From: Octopus sinensis
Taxonomy: Eukaryota
Assembly (NCBI RefSeq): GCF_006345805.1
Contig: NC_042997.1
Coordinates: 144,460,001-144,524,000, forward strand
Length of the DNA: 64,000 bases
Direction: 5' to 3'
Part shown: positions 52,151 through 64,000 of the stretch, in pieces
Numbering within the stretch: the first letter of the stretch is position 1
Layout of the letters: each line of letters opens with the position of its first letter
Program-made: the position numbers and the translations under genes
Notes under the pieces: generated by a model
Database searches by the model: none
The model's input: the letters and a program-made list of their open reading frames with translations, nothing else
What the model was told of the DNA's origin: nothing

Positions 52151-53757
52151 TATATATGTGTGTGCATGTATTTCTATTTATATTCCTATCCGGTTATCCT
52201 CATACATTACACATTGTCGAATGACATCAGTTATGTCAGCAGAGAAGACTTTCACTCTCTCATATAATGAATACGTTCTCCTAATACTTTTGTCATTAAT
52301 AAAACTGTAGTATAACGGATATCTGGTTTGCATGAATAAGAAGCACTGCCTTTAGAGAAGATTTGTAGCAATATTCAAATGGTAACTTTAAACTGTTAAA
52401 TAATACATGGCATACTTAATAAAAGCACTTTAGCAAGACAGGAAACTGAAGTCAGTTACTACAGGTCAGAGAATTATTAAGAGAAATTCTAGTAGACTTT
52501 TGAATTGAATCAAGATCTGTTCGAATTCAACAGAAAAAAAAAGGCCTCAGAACATTCTTCGGTTGATTATATAAAAGAGTGAAGAGTTATAGGAATGAAA
52601 ATTATCTCCAAAATACTGACAGTAATTACACTAGAAAACTGTAAGCTAATGAAGGGATTTATATAATTCTTGTTCTTTTATCATTCATTTATTGAAGGTC
52701 TACACTGCAACCCCATCAGCATTTATGTCACTTCTTTACAGCATGAAACCTGTTCAGTTCTACCCCTTTCTCTCACATCACTTTTAAAAATATTTTCAAA
52801 TTCATTGGAATACACAAGCGATGTATTTGATTACAATCAGTGTAATGAATGTGTTAAAACATCTTTTTTTTTTCTGTTTTACTATTTAATTAGGGGTCAA
52901 ATAGTAGCTCTGTGGCTCTTCAGTTTATCAGAGCCTCCAGACTGTCAAAAGCAACCGAAGAAGTTAGCCTCAAACTAGAGTGAAATCTGATAAAGGTACC
53001 CAAGAACCATGTTGCAAGAAATAGGGTTTACCACTTAAGAATTCATCATGCAAAGAGTTGGAATAAATGCTACAAGGCATCTTGTCTAATGCTATGATTG
53101 TTCTGCCAATTGACAGGCTGGGACTGAAAGACAAACTTGACTTTGTCAGAATTTGAATTCACTATGCAAAAAGCTGTCTTTACATATTGAAGACATTTTG
53201 TCCTGTACCATACTAAAACTGCCAAATCATTGCCTTATAATAGTCATTTAGATAACAATAGATAAATAACAGTTGCTTAAATTAAGATACATTTTTAATT
53301 ATATGTTTAGACAGAAGTAAATTTAAAACATACAAGGATACTTAAATCCAAATACAAGGATACTTAAACTTAAGTTGGTAACTGGTTCCAAGACATGCAA
53401 CTTAATTAAAAAAAAAAATGATATAACATGAAAAATCCTTTTTAAAAATGTATTAGTTTATATCTTTTCTAACAGATGGTTTGAATATATTTTCACATCT
53501 ATTCTAGTTGATTTTCCACTTCAGTATTGCTTTTCAGGTGTTTTGTTTTTTTCAAACTTTTATGCTTTTAAATATATGAGACTGACATAAATTTGAAAAA
53601 GACATAATTCAAAATGACATAAGTTTAGGCATGCCTGTACATCATAAAGCATAATACATCACACATGTGCATGCATCTCTCTCTTCACACACACACATAT
53701 ACATATATATATATATATATATGTGTGTATGTAGATATATATATATATGTAGATATA

Positions 53758-54635
53758 AAGGGTGTGGTGAATATATTGTTGTCTAAATTACGCAAAAATA
53801 AAAATAGCACTGACATCTCATTTTAACAGATATATTCACCAAAATTACATAAAAATATCTTGAAATACTAAAGAGTAAATTTATTCAATAGAATTGCATT
53901 GGCTTCAACCATGGCCTCCAGACATCTACGGAATCTCCTGCAATTCTTTTGGATGGTCTTCTTGTTTAAGTTGGAGCCATAATCCTTGCCTTCATCTCAT
54001 TTTTGGTGTTACAAAGTGTTTTGTTGGTCTCTCACTCAACTGCACACCACACATTTTCAGGGGTTTTGCTGTCAGGGGAGTTAGGTGGCCAGATGTTAGG
54101 GGTGGTGTGATCACGGAAATTGTCTGACAGTCATGACTGGGTTCTCCTGCTTGTGTGGCATGGTGCAGAGTCCTGTTGCCAGATATAGGGTCTTCCAGCA
54201 GCCACCCTTTTGACCCAGGGCAGCACTACCTCCTCCAGGCACTTGATGTAGACCACCGTGCTGAGTCTGAGGCAGTGTGGGAAGAATAATGGAGGCATAA
54301 CATTGCCATCACTAGTGATCATTCTAAATACCATGACGTTGACTGGATGTTTGGTTTTTATCACCCTTGGTACATGTTTTGGGGACATGGCAAGCCAACA
54401 GTTATTCTGTGTGTTCACCATCTGTTCATATTGGCGCTTCTGACACAAATACCAAGCAGTACAGCATGTCGATTCCAAATTTCTGGCAAGGTGAATTGTG
54501 TCATGGTGCTGTTTTTCTCACAGACAGTGCCCAACTGGCCCTACTATACTGTGTAGTCAACAAAATCAAAAACAAATAATGCACATGGGCAAAATTAAAA
54601 ATACAAAATGGTGACAATTTAACCATCACACCCTG
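53758..54635 (-). mobile_element. Tc1/mariner element (maT/DD37D-like), internally deleted
   Basis: TIRs (a/c)agggtgtg..t.aa.....gtc; minus translation KTKHPVNVMVF..ITSDG.VMPP.FF...YIWQQDSAPCHTSRRTQ*..WPPNSPD. Confidence 0.88.
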
Positions 54636-54654
54636 TGTATATATGTTGTTGCTG

Positions 54655-54953
54655 TTTGTTCGTTCTCGAGCCAAGCCTGGCTCATAAGGGCTGGTTTCTC
54701 GGTTTCATTGGCATATAGGTTCCCCACCGGAACAGAATGCCAGTCTGTCGCAGGTTAGCTGGTAGATGCAGGAGGAAAAACTGAGAGAAAGTTGTGGCAA
54801 AAGAGTCAGCAGAGGTTTGCCATTGCCTCCTGGCAGAGCCATGTGGTGCTTAGTTGTTTCACTCATGAGCACACACATCACCCAGTCTAAGATTCAAACC
54901 TGTGATCCCTCGGTCACAAGTCCACTGCTCTAACCACTAGGCCATGTGTCTTC
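54655..54953 (-). mobile_element. tRNA-derived SINE, third family
   Basis: Minus head gaagacacatggcctagtggttagagcagtggac...ggtttgaatc (A and B boxes); related head at ~60066 (+). Confidence 0.7.
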
Positions 54954-55299
54954 ATATATATATATAAATATACCATCAACACCATCATCATCATCGTTGT
55001 TTAACGGCTGCTTTCCATGCTGGCATGGGTTTGATGGTTTGGGTGAGGACTGGCAAGCCAGAAGGCTGAACCAAGCTCCAATCTGTTCTGGCAAAGTTTC
55101 TACAGCTTGACGCCTTCTAATGCCAACCACTCTAAGAGTGCAGTGGGTGCTTTTTACATTCCACCAGCACAAGGGCCAGTCAGGTGGTACTGGCATCAAC
55201 CATACTTGAATGGTGCTTTTTATGTGCCATCTGCACGGAGCTAGTCAGGTGGCACTGGCAACGACCACACTCATATGGTGATTTTTATATGCCACCAGC

Positions 55300-55331
<32 letters not shown>

Positions 55332-55634
55332 CAAGAAGAATTCAAGTGGGGTTCCAAACTCAGAACAGCTGTTTTAAAAGCACAAATGGCATTCTTCGAA
55401 CCAACCTTTGGTTGGCTCTACTGTAGTGCTGCAGTATATACTGGATTTGGCAACCATGTATATATGTCTATGTGTATATTTATATATAGATAGATGTGTG
55501 TGTGTGTACATACAATATGCTACCAACTAATGATAACTAAGAGTTGCTTTAAAGTACTGAGTCATTCCTGATCCTACATGTTGATATACCTAAATTCTAA
55601 TGAATCCTGTAACTGATATATATATATATACTCA

Positions 55635-55990
55635 TTTACTCTTTTACTTGTTTCAGTCATTTGACTGTGGCCATGCTGGGGCACTGCCTTTAGTCAAGCA
55701 AATCGACTGCAGGACTTATTCTTTGTAAGCCTAGTATTTATTCCATTGGTTTCTTTTGCCAAACGGCTAAGTTACGGAGACAAACACAGACACACAAACA
55801 TATACACACACATACATATATACATGCATACGATGAGCTTCTTTCAGTTTCCATCTACAAAATCCACTCACAAGGCTTTGGTCAGCCCGAGGCTATAGTA
55901 GAAGACACTTGCCCAAGGTGCCATGCAGTGGGACTGAACCCGGAACCATGTGGTTGATAAGCAAGCTACTTACCACACAGCCACTCCTAT
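55635..55990 (-). mobile_element. tRNA-derived SINE, family A
   Basis: Reverse-complement copy with internal deletion. Confidence 0.85.
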
Positions 55991-58329
55991 GCATATATAT
56001 ATATATATCCCTCCACAATCTATCAGTATAATAAACTCAGTGATGAGCTTCCAGTTTCTAATGTCTGAAGCAGTTAACAAAACCTCCTGGATACAAGATT
56101 AGTCTATTGCAGACAACTTTCCTAGACTGCCTTATATCTATTCTACAAGTAAGGCATACATAAGAAACTAGAATTAAGCAATTTGACCTGAAATGATAAA
56201 AAGACTTGCAAAAGAAGAGGGACCCAAGAAATGGCCAATCATTTGTTTGTTCATCTGAGATTTTAGAAAATAAGAGGGTGGAAATCACACCCTAGCTGCT
56301 TAAAGAATGATGCATTAGGGAATGAAGTCTCTGATTAAAAAAAAACAAAACACATGACTGGAATCCCTTTGGTCATAGGGCCAACAATTTTGTGGGTAAG
56401 TGGGGTTAAGTTGATTTCATCAATCCCAGTATTCAACTGTAACTTATTTTATCAGTCCTGAAGGGATGAAAAGTAAAGATGATCTCGGCAGAATTTGAAC
56501 TTAGAATGTAAGGCTGGATGAAATATCGCTAAGCATTTTGCCCAGCATGCTAACGATTCTGCCAGCTTGCTGCCTTATTTGGAACATGAATTAAATTGAA
56601 ATTTTGATGGAAGGTTCTTAATTTGGATCAGTTTCATAGAAGTTTGTATCAAAGGATCAGGGTGGTTTCAGGTACAATGGTATCAAAAGGGTTAAACTAT
56701 ATTTCACCAATTTTCTCACAACAATAATAAGAAACTTAGACTGTATTTCAGCAATCTGCAGTCAAGAATATGTTCACAATAACCATTTGGGGAATGCTAA
56801 AAATAACAGGCCACCATCCTTTCTTGTAACTCAATAGAAACATTTATTAATTAAGAACGAATATAGATAAAAGCTCTCTCAGTAATTAATATTTGTACTG
56901 GTTCAAATTGCATCCAATTATCAAATAAAAGTTAATCAGTTTATAAGCAAATTTTAATTAAAATTCTATCACTTGGAACACTTATGGTGAACGAGTGTGT
57001 ATGTGTATGTATGTATGTGTGTGTGGAGGCAACAACAAGCCTGTTTCCTAGTTATTTTCAATCAACAGACATTCTTTGGTAAGTGCTACAGAAGGATTTA
57101 AGTAAATTCTTGGTGACCCAAGTTTTCAAACCAAATGTGATTATTTCTAATTGTTTCAACCCCTAACCTCTTTGTGAAAGGCATTAGTGTCACCATTCCT
57201 TATTCTGTTATTCTCTCTTGTGAATATGATGCCTGAAGCCTAATTAACTAGTCAGTTAATAAAAGTTCTCTAAATTAAATTGGAAACAAGAATTGATTTT
57301 AATGTTGTTGCTTAATTCCAGATTTGACTTAAATGAACAGACATATGATTAAAGTTATTCCCCATCCCCACTTTAGCTGTCCTATGTATCTCGTGATAAG
57401 CAAGACATATTTCCTTGGCCTCCCATGCCTCATATATGATAGACATTTCCAATTAAGTTTCAACTAGCAGTGTAAACTGGGACTTATAAAAGGAAAGCTT
57501 TACTCAGAATGTTTGAGACAAAGTCTGTTTAAAAGTCTGAAAACAAGCATGGGTATTTAGAACAAACTTATGAAAATGCTTAGAACAGGCAAATGGTTAA
57601 CCATAACTATTTCATCTGTTAGTATATCAGGAACTATATTTTTAAATTTGATTTTCCTTGAAGTTGATAGAGTGTGATTTGAAGGATATTTGGCTGTTAT
57701 TTCTAGATGGTCCAGTAACCACATTGAGACCTCTGCCTCCATTGGTAATGAGGTTATATAATGGCTATTGTCTTTAAGAGACGTCATATTTAACATCATA
57801 TTACATAAGAAATTTATTTGCAATGGAAATATAGATGAAAAAATGGAAATAAGATATAAATAAATACACACACAAAAAAAAAACTGTTCAAAAACCATAA
57901 GCAGAAGAAAGATTTGTGATTAAAACATTGCAATAGCCAGTATGATGTAAACAGGTGTGTGCTGAGAATAATGGTAAAGTTTACTATGGAAGGAGAATGG
58001 AATGGTGATGGTAAGATCTGATGCAGTAGGACAGATACAGTTTTATATAATGTAAAGCTAAATCCTGGATGTGGAGTTAGCACATATATAATTTCTTAAG
58101 GACCTTGGGGTAAGCTTTTGGCACTTTAAGCAGCAAGAGTGATGGTAAATACTCTCAAAAATACGAAAGTGAGTTTGTTGGTGAACAAATTTTGAGGGCT
58201 TAAAGATAAAGATAATTTATATTAGAAGTCAGAAAAAAGGTTTTACAGATCATGATAGGAATCAGTTGAAGAATTGGATAATAAGCAAGAGAAAAGGAAA
58301 GATGTACAAATGGCATTTAAATATAACTA

Positions 58330-58625
58330 AGAGGTGATCAGCAGTTACAGTTGAGAATACCTGCTTCAATAGTAGGAGATGATCTGCAGTTAAAGATGAA
58401 AAAATCTGCTTTAACAGATGAGATGGCCTGCAGCTTTGCATTAGGTGATCTAGAGTCATACAACAACAACTTGCCATAACAGATGAAATGATCTACAGTT
58501 TCAGATTCAATGACCTGCAGCTGTAGATGAAATTATCTGTGGTTACAGATAAGATAACCTGTAGTAGTAGAAGAAATGACCTGCATTTACTGACCAACTA
58601 CTACAGAGTAAATGACCAGCAGTTA
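58330..58625. repeat. Degenerate ~22-bp minisatellite (agatgaaatgacctgcagttac-like)
   Basis: Consecutive 22-mers at ~58480-58590: agatgaaatgatctacagtttc, agattcaatgacctgcagctgt, agatgaaattatctgtggttac, agataagataacctgtagtagt, agaagaaatgacctgcatttac. Confidence 0.7.
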
Positions 58626-59641
58626 CATCATCATCGTTTAACGTCCGCTTTCCATGCTAGCATGGGTTGGATGATTTTGACTGAGAACTGGCGAACCAGA
58701 TGGCTGCACCAGGCCCCAGTCTTGATTTGGCAGAGTTTCTACAGCTGGACGCCAACCACTCCAACAGTGTAGTGGGTGCTTTTTACGTGCGAGAAGATCT
58801 GTTGTAGCAAATGGTATGTCCTGCATTTACTGTCCCACTTTTATTGAGAAGATGAGCAACTGAAGCTGTAACATGGACTGTGACTGTGTGTAGTAGAGAT
58901 GTCACAATTTAACAGGTAAGGGAAATCAGAGTGAAAAATAAGGTGAGAATATACAGGGAATTAAATAAATAACTGGACAAAATGACAAGTTGTTATAGAT
59001 GCTACTTTCAGATGCTATCTTCAGAAAGATGAGAAGTAATAGATGCTCTCAAGATAATTGTACAACTGAAATTAGCAGTTGTAACCAATGCTCTTATACT
59101 GAACAGTTGTAATCGGTGCTATACAGATGCTAATTTTTGATCAGAAGCTATCAAGGTGACTGGCAGCAATAGCAGCACCAATAGCCAGGAAACAAAAATT
59201 TTTTTATAACATTTGAAATTAGTGCATATTATCTTGAAGTGCAGCAAAGGTGAACAAGTTGCAGTGTAAGCAACAAGAGGGATAGATCTTTGATATGTAA
59301 TTCTATGAAGGCCTGAAAGATAGCCTTTGCAGTTATTGCAAAAATGTGTATGAGAGACATAAGGCTGAGAGAGGAGCACACACACGATATGCATACATAC
59401 ATACAGTCTCACCTTGAAACGTTTATATCTCAGTTCATTTGTTATCTTCAACATCCTCTTTCTGTACTTGCTGCTTGTCTACAAAATCAGATGTGACAAG
59501 CTATATGCACTCTCTATATGCTGCCTGTTTTAAAACTAAATGTTACATCATATAAAGGTATGTTTCTATAACTATTTAAAGTATGATATATATGTAATTA
59601 GGTAGCTATTAAAATATGTTATAAACTTATATGTATATATA

Positions 59642-60030
59642 CGAGAAGTATTGCCCGGCGTTGCTCGGGTTTGTTTCGACCCTTTAGAATTGAACATTTT
59701 TAAAAAGTAAAAATTTTGCATTATGTAGCTTGTTATTCTCTTTAAGTGAACATTTTTCTGGTTGAAATACACCGAAAAATGGTGACACAGCAGTCAAAAG
59801 ATCGTAAAAAATAGGGATTTTCATAGAAAAAAAAGCACTGTTTTCATGTAAATAATTTTTGGTGTTAACATGGTCCGATTTGAATTTTTTCTTCTACGGA
59901 AGGAAGAGCAAGCCTTATATAATACTCTCAATTTTGGTCAACTTGCGCTGCAGGGTCTCAGAGGAGATAGTGTTAGTTGAAGGCTACCAAACCTACCATA
60001 CACAGACAACTTCAACTTTATATATATAGA
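59642..60030 (-). mobile_element. Non-autonomous Helitron
   Basis: Same 3' hairpin (gcccggcgttgctcgggtttgt) as 46438; TCTATATATATAAAG start on minus; CTAG mutated to CTCG. Confidence 0.8.
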
Positions 60031-60369
60031 GATTTGTATATATATATATATATATATGTGTGTGTGAAGGCACAAGGGCAAGGTTAGGGTGTTGCATTCG
60101 CAATTGCAAGATTGTGGTTTCACTTTCTGGACTGAATGGTGTGTTGTGTTCTTGAGCAAAACTCTTCACCTCTTGTTCAGCAAACACTTTGACACCTGAT
60201 GCGTAGTACACTGTGCACCTGTTCAGATGATGCCAGTCTGATGGACTGAATGAGCTAATGTCCACACAAACATTCGATCATTATATACAAATTATTTGTA
60301 CAGGTTGTTTGGCAAGAACTTGCAGACCCATCTTTCTCAGACTCCAAGAGACTACCGTTTTATACACAT

Positions 60370-60990
60370 ATGAAGGACTCTCTTGTCGGTTTCAGTGTAT
60401 GAGGATCTGACAACCTACACTTTCTTTGTCACTCATAATGCTTATATTTTTGAATGTGACATTTGAACCATACCAATGATTTGCAAAGCTCACAGTTGTT
60501 GCAAATATGAGGATTATGGGTCAGTGCAAGCAGTATATTTGCAGTCGTTTTTTACCTTTGCCTTGCACACCTAAGCATGTTAATGCTGGTTGAAAGAAAA
60601 TCTCTTACACCATCTTAACATGATGATCTTCTTTCTGTTCACATCAAGGCTGTTTGCTCAAAGATGTTGTGAGCTATGTTGACTGCTGAGAGGTTACTCT
60701 TCAGCTTGTCCTCAGTTGACCAACATTCCTGTGCCCATTATCAAGCTAGCTATACACGAGGATTTGGGTATTCTTTCGTCACTCATTCTGATGACATGAT
60801 CAGCCCAGTGTAATTGCAACTGTATATGAAAGCTTTCGATTCCACCAATCTTACAGTTGTTAAATAGGTCGACATTAGATACTATCTTTTAGTGTATAAC
60901 TGCAGATTGTCCTGAGACAACTTTTGTAGAAGACATCTAGTTGGTTAATGTGCCACCTATATGGTATCCATGATTCCAAGCCATAAAAGA
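60370..60990 (-). mobile_element. Old RTE LINE 3' fragment
   Basis: Minus translation YGLESWIPY.WHINQLDVF..SCLRTI...WADHVIRMSDERIPK. Confidence 0.7.
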
Positions 60991-61008
60991 AAACAGTAAG
61001 TAGTAATA

Positions 61009-61039
<31 letters not shown>

Positions 61040-61084
61040 GTCCAACCCATGCTAGCATGGAAAACGGACGCTAAATGATGATGA

Positions 61085-61122
<38 letters not shown>

Positions 61123-61476
61123 AAAAGGTTAAGAGCTTTCCCATAAGTAAATTTATATTAAAAAACAAAAAGAACTTTATCTTGGATAAGAAAAGAATAT
61201 ATTTACATTTCTATCAAAATATGCATCTTGCATGTGTGTGTGTGTTCATACAAATACATACTGTTGATGTCTTAATTATATAACTGAGTTGATTTCAGTA
61301 TGTTATTAGTTTTATCAACTTAATTTTATCAACTTCCAGCAAGACAAAGAGCAATGTTGAACCAGATGCAAGTTGAACTCAGATTCATATGATAGCGAAA
61401 AAGCATAACATTTACAGGGGACAGTGGACCCTGAAATAGCTGTACCTCACAACCTTGTCTTTTGTTAGCTACTTAC

Positions 61477-61543
61477 CTTGAAGAATATTTTGTTCTTGTT
61501 CATTTAGTAATTTCAGTTCCCGTTTTTTCTCTCTGAGAATATT
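61477..61543 (-). CDS. GRASP/CYTIP-like exon (coiled coil, second half)
   Basis: tttttgcag|NILREKKRELKLLNEQEQNILQ-G|gtaag; 67 nt, phase 0 to 1; parallels tamalin [23 protein letters not shown]. Confidence 0.88.
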
Positions 61544-61935
61544 CTGCAAAAATCAATGTAAAAATAATAAAACTGATAATCAAACCCCTTTTTAGTTTTT
61601 GATAAATATTTAAATTTGTAGACATAATTAACCCATAATTTATCATTTAAAATGACTAAAAAAATGTAATCTGTTTTGATTTGAAATAAAAGAGTCATAG
61701 CAACAATGGTTAAGCCAAGATTTGAACTTGAGAATTGTTACGGGACAGAGAGGGAGCACATTAAAAAAAAAAATCTAAACTTGAAGGAGAATGAACATGT
61801 AAACAAATATACATAAGTAAATAGAAAAAATTACTTGCTCCAGCATGGTCTTAGTTAAATGACTGAGAAGAAAGAAAAAAGTAAAAGTTTGGAAATGAAA
61901 AGAAGCAGACACTTCTTCATCTGGTAATTTCATAC

Positions 61936-62002
61936 CTTTAGTTTGATATAGCGGTCATGTAATTCTACTTTCCTGCAACAATCTTCAAAAAGGACAACCA
62001 AC
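61936..62002 (-). CDS. GRASP/CYTIP-like exon (PDZ end + coiled coil start)
   Basis: ttttttaatcag|(R)LVVLFEDCCRKVELHDRYIKLK|gtatg; 67 nt, phase 2 to 0; parallels [23 protein letters not shown]. Confidence 0.9.
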
Positions 62003-62316
62003 CTGATTAAAAAAGAAAATAGGAAAATGCATTGATAAAATATGGTAAAATTCAGAATCTAAGATTATAAATAATGGTTATATGGTTAAGAAGGTTGTTC
62101 AGAACCACGTGCTTTAAAGTGTCTTCAAACTATAGCCTCAGGATCACCAATGCTTTGTAAATGTAATTAGTAGACAGAAACCCTAAGAAACACATCAAAT
62201 ATATATATATATATATAAGTTCAGCAAAATTTAGATTCAAATGAATATGGTACTTAAGTTAGATGCACCAGAATTTTGTATGGTTTTATCCATATAAATC
62301 CATGGGGTGATTATAA

Positions 62317-62544
62317 TCAAAATAAGCAACGAGAATATCTTCAGTAATTTGGTACGATCGTTTCATGCTACATCATTATATTTAACATTGTAAGTATTAC
62401 AACAGTTTTAAAATGTTGAGCAATCATCAATCATTTATTGCTCAACATTTTAAAACTGTTGTAATACTTACAATGTTTAATAAAATGATGTAGCGTGAAA
62501 CGATTGTACCAAATTACCGAAGATATTCTTGTTGCTTATTTTGA
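62317..62544. mobile_element. Penelope-like foldback with degenerate hammerhead
   Basis: ~108-bp inverted arms 62317-62424 / 62437-62544; minus strand tTGATGA-ttgct...agcat-GAAAC-GATC-GTA. Confidence 0.65.
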
Positions 62545-62563
62545 GTGTATATATATATATATA

Positions 62564-63145
62564 CGAGCAAAACGCCCCACCCTCCCGTCCAATGGACAGT
62601 GCTGAGTTGTCAAACTTTTAAACCAAAGTTTCTCAAAACATCTTGTCCAACTGTCCCAGAGGCCTCCCTTTTGAGAAACACTGATTTAACCTAGATTTGA
62701 GACACCAGCAAAAGAAGATGTAAAGATAGACTTTTTTTCTATTCCAAAGAAAAACGATTTTATTCCCACAAATATGCAACCGAAGAGTTTAAAGTACCAG
62801 TAATGATAAGGCTTATATAGAATGTGACATTTGAGCTATACCAATGATTTGCAAAGCTCACAGATGCTGCAAATAAGAGGATTATGGGTCCTCATATTGC
62901 GCAAACTGCATGTGCATTTTTTCGCGTATGCGTAATATCGATCGCAACAGCTGATGTACTTGCATGTACAAATGCATTGATCTCATTCTCACCTGGAATC
63001 GATTTTTGTAATTTTTTCAAGACTTATACACGCCCTGATACTGTCGGTATCTACATATCAAATTTGAGCGCAATCGGATGGAGGATGTCCAAGATCCTAG
63101 AAGACACATGCACACAGACAGACAGAATGGATTTTATATAATAGA
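62564..63145 (-). mobile_element. Non-autonomous Helitron carrying an RTE-associated segment
   Basis: Minus start TCTATTATATAAAA..ctgtctgtctg; end ...tttgCTCG|T; ~62820-62890 matches ~60452-60521. Confidence 0.6.
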
Positions 63146-63300
63146 TAATGTGTATGTGTGTGTATGTGCGTGTGTCTGAATGTATGTAAAGGGTAAAGAC
63201 TCCTTTCGGTGATAAATGACCATGGGATTGCACCATCCAACCCATGCCAGCATGGAAAACAAACATTACATGATGATGATCCCCTTTGAAGTCTCAAACC

Positions 63301-63464
63301 CACTAGTGTAGCTGGAAGGGGGTGGGGGCATAGAGGCGGTCCACCCCAGGCGGCACTTTTGGTCTGCTGCAGGCAATATGTGTTTTTTGTGGGGTCTGGG
63401 GTGGGGGTGGGGGCAGCAAATGGAAGGGCTGACCCAGGTGGCGCACACTCTAGCTACACTAGTG
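63301..63464. mobile_element. hAT-type MITE
   Basis: TIR cactagtgtagct / agctacactagtg; 8-bp TSD ctcaaacc / ctcaaacg. Confidence 0.8.
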
Positions 63465-63645
63465 CTCAAACGTATGGAAATAATACACGATTAATTCAAA
63501 ACATTGTGAATAACTAAGCATCACATTTGACAAAGTAATCTGAATGGTAAAGGGTTAAATTAGAGGAATAATCCCTCTGCTAGAAATAGATAGAAAAAAA
63601 AAGGAATAAAAAAAACAAAAACTTCCCCTCCAGCTGTAGCCTTAC

Positions 63646-63739
63646 CTCATGTAGCGAGCGCAAGATTTGATCTTCTCTACCAGTTGTTGATGTGTTGCTT
63701 GCTCAACACTATCACCGTTCACAGATAAGATAACATCAC
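63646..63739 (-). CDS. GRASP/CYTIP-like exon (PDZ domain C-terminal half)
   Basis: ttttttccctaatcag|(G)DVILSVNGDSVEQATHQQLVEKIKSCARYM(R)|gtaag; 94 nt, phase 1 to 2; GD-x-I-x-x-VNG...H is the PDZ signature. Earlier exons are outside the window. Confidence 0.92.
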
Positions 63740-64000
63740 CTGATTAGGGAAAAAACAAACGAAAAAGAAATTAAAATGTGATGACATCATGCTTAATGAC
63801 TTATTCAGCAGGTTAATTAGTTGAAAAACAAATAAACAAAAAAAAAAAGAGTAATAGCAGTAGGAGTGGTGGTGGTGAAAGTGGTTGTAGTAGTAGCAAT
63901 GGTAGTGCTGGTACTGAAAGAGATAGTGGTCATAGTAGTAGTAGTAGTAGTAACAGCAATGGTGGTGGTGCTTCTGAAAGAAGTAGTGGTCGTAGTAGTA

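Noticed and set aside
59119-59454. 111-aa minus ORF
   Set aside because: Reads through a donor site into intron; the frame is incompatible with the upstream exon phase and shows no recognisable domain.

Overview
AT-rich, microsatellite- and transposon-dense animal genomic DNA; the SINE/RTE repeat families and (TA)n/(CAT)n load look like an octopus (coleoid cephalopod) genome (inference). It holds the 3' ends of two convergent spliced genes. On the + strand is the last coding exon (210-383) of a raw/OLRN-1-like protein, followed by a probably very long 3' UTR. On the - strand are four phase-compatible exons (63646-63739, 61936-62002, 61477-61543, 43433-43926) of a GRASP/tamalin-CYTIP family PDZ + coiled-coil scaffold ending in a class I PDZ ligand (EVTRL). 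The rest is largely mobile DNA: a near-full-length RTE LINE in the last intron, a second RTE with a twin-priming-type 5' inversion, Penelope-like foldbacks carrying minimal hammerhead ribozymes, RLE-type LINE tails, piggyBac, Tc1/mariner, hAT and Helitron remnants, long-TIR MITEs with TTAGGG cores, a SINE tandem triplication and many tRNA-derived SINEs. Nearly all short ORFs in the supplied track are repeat noise. All family calls are by motif recognition, not database search.
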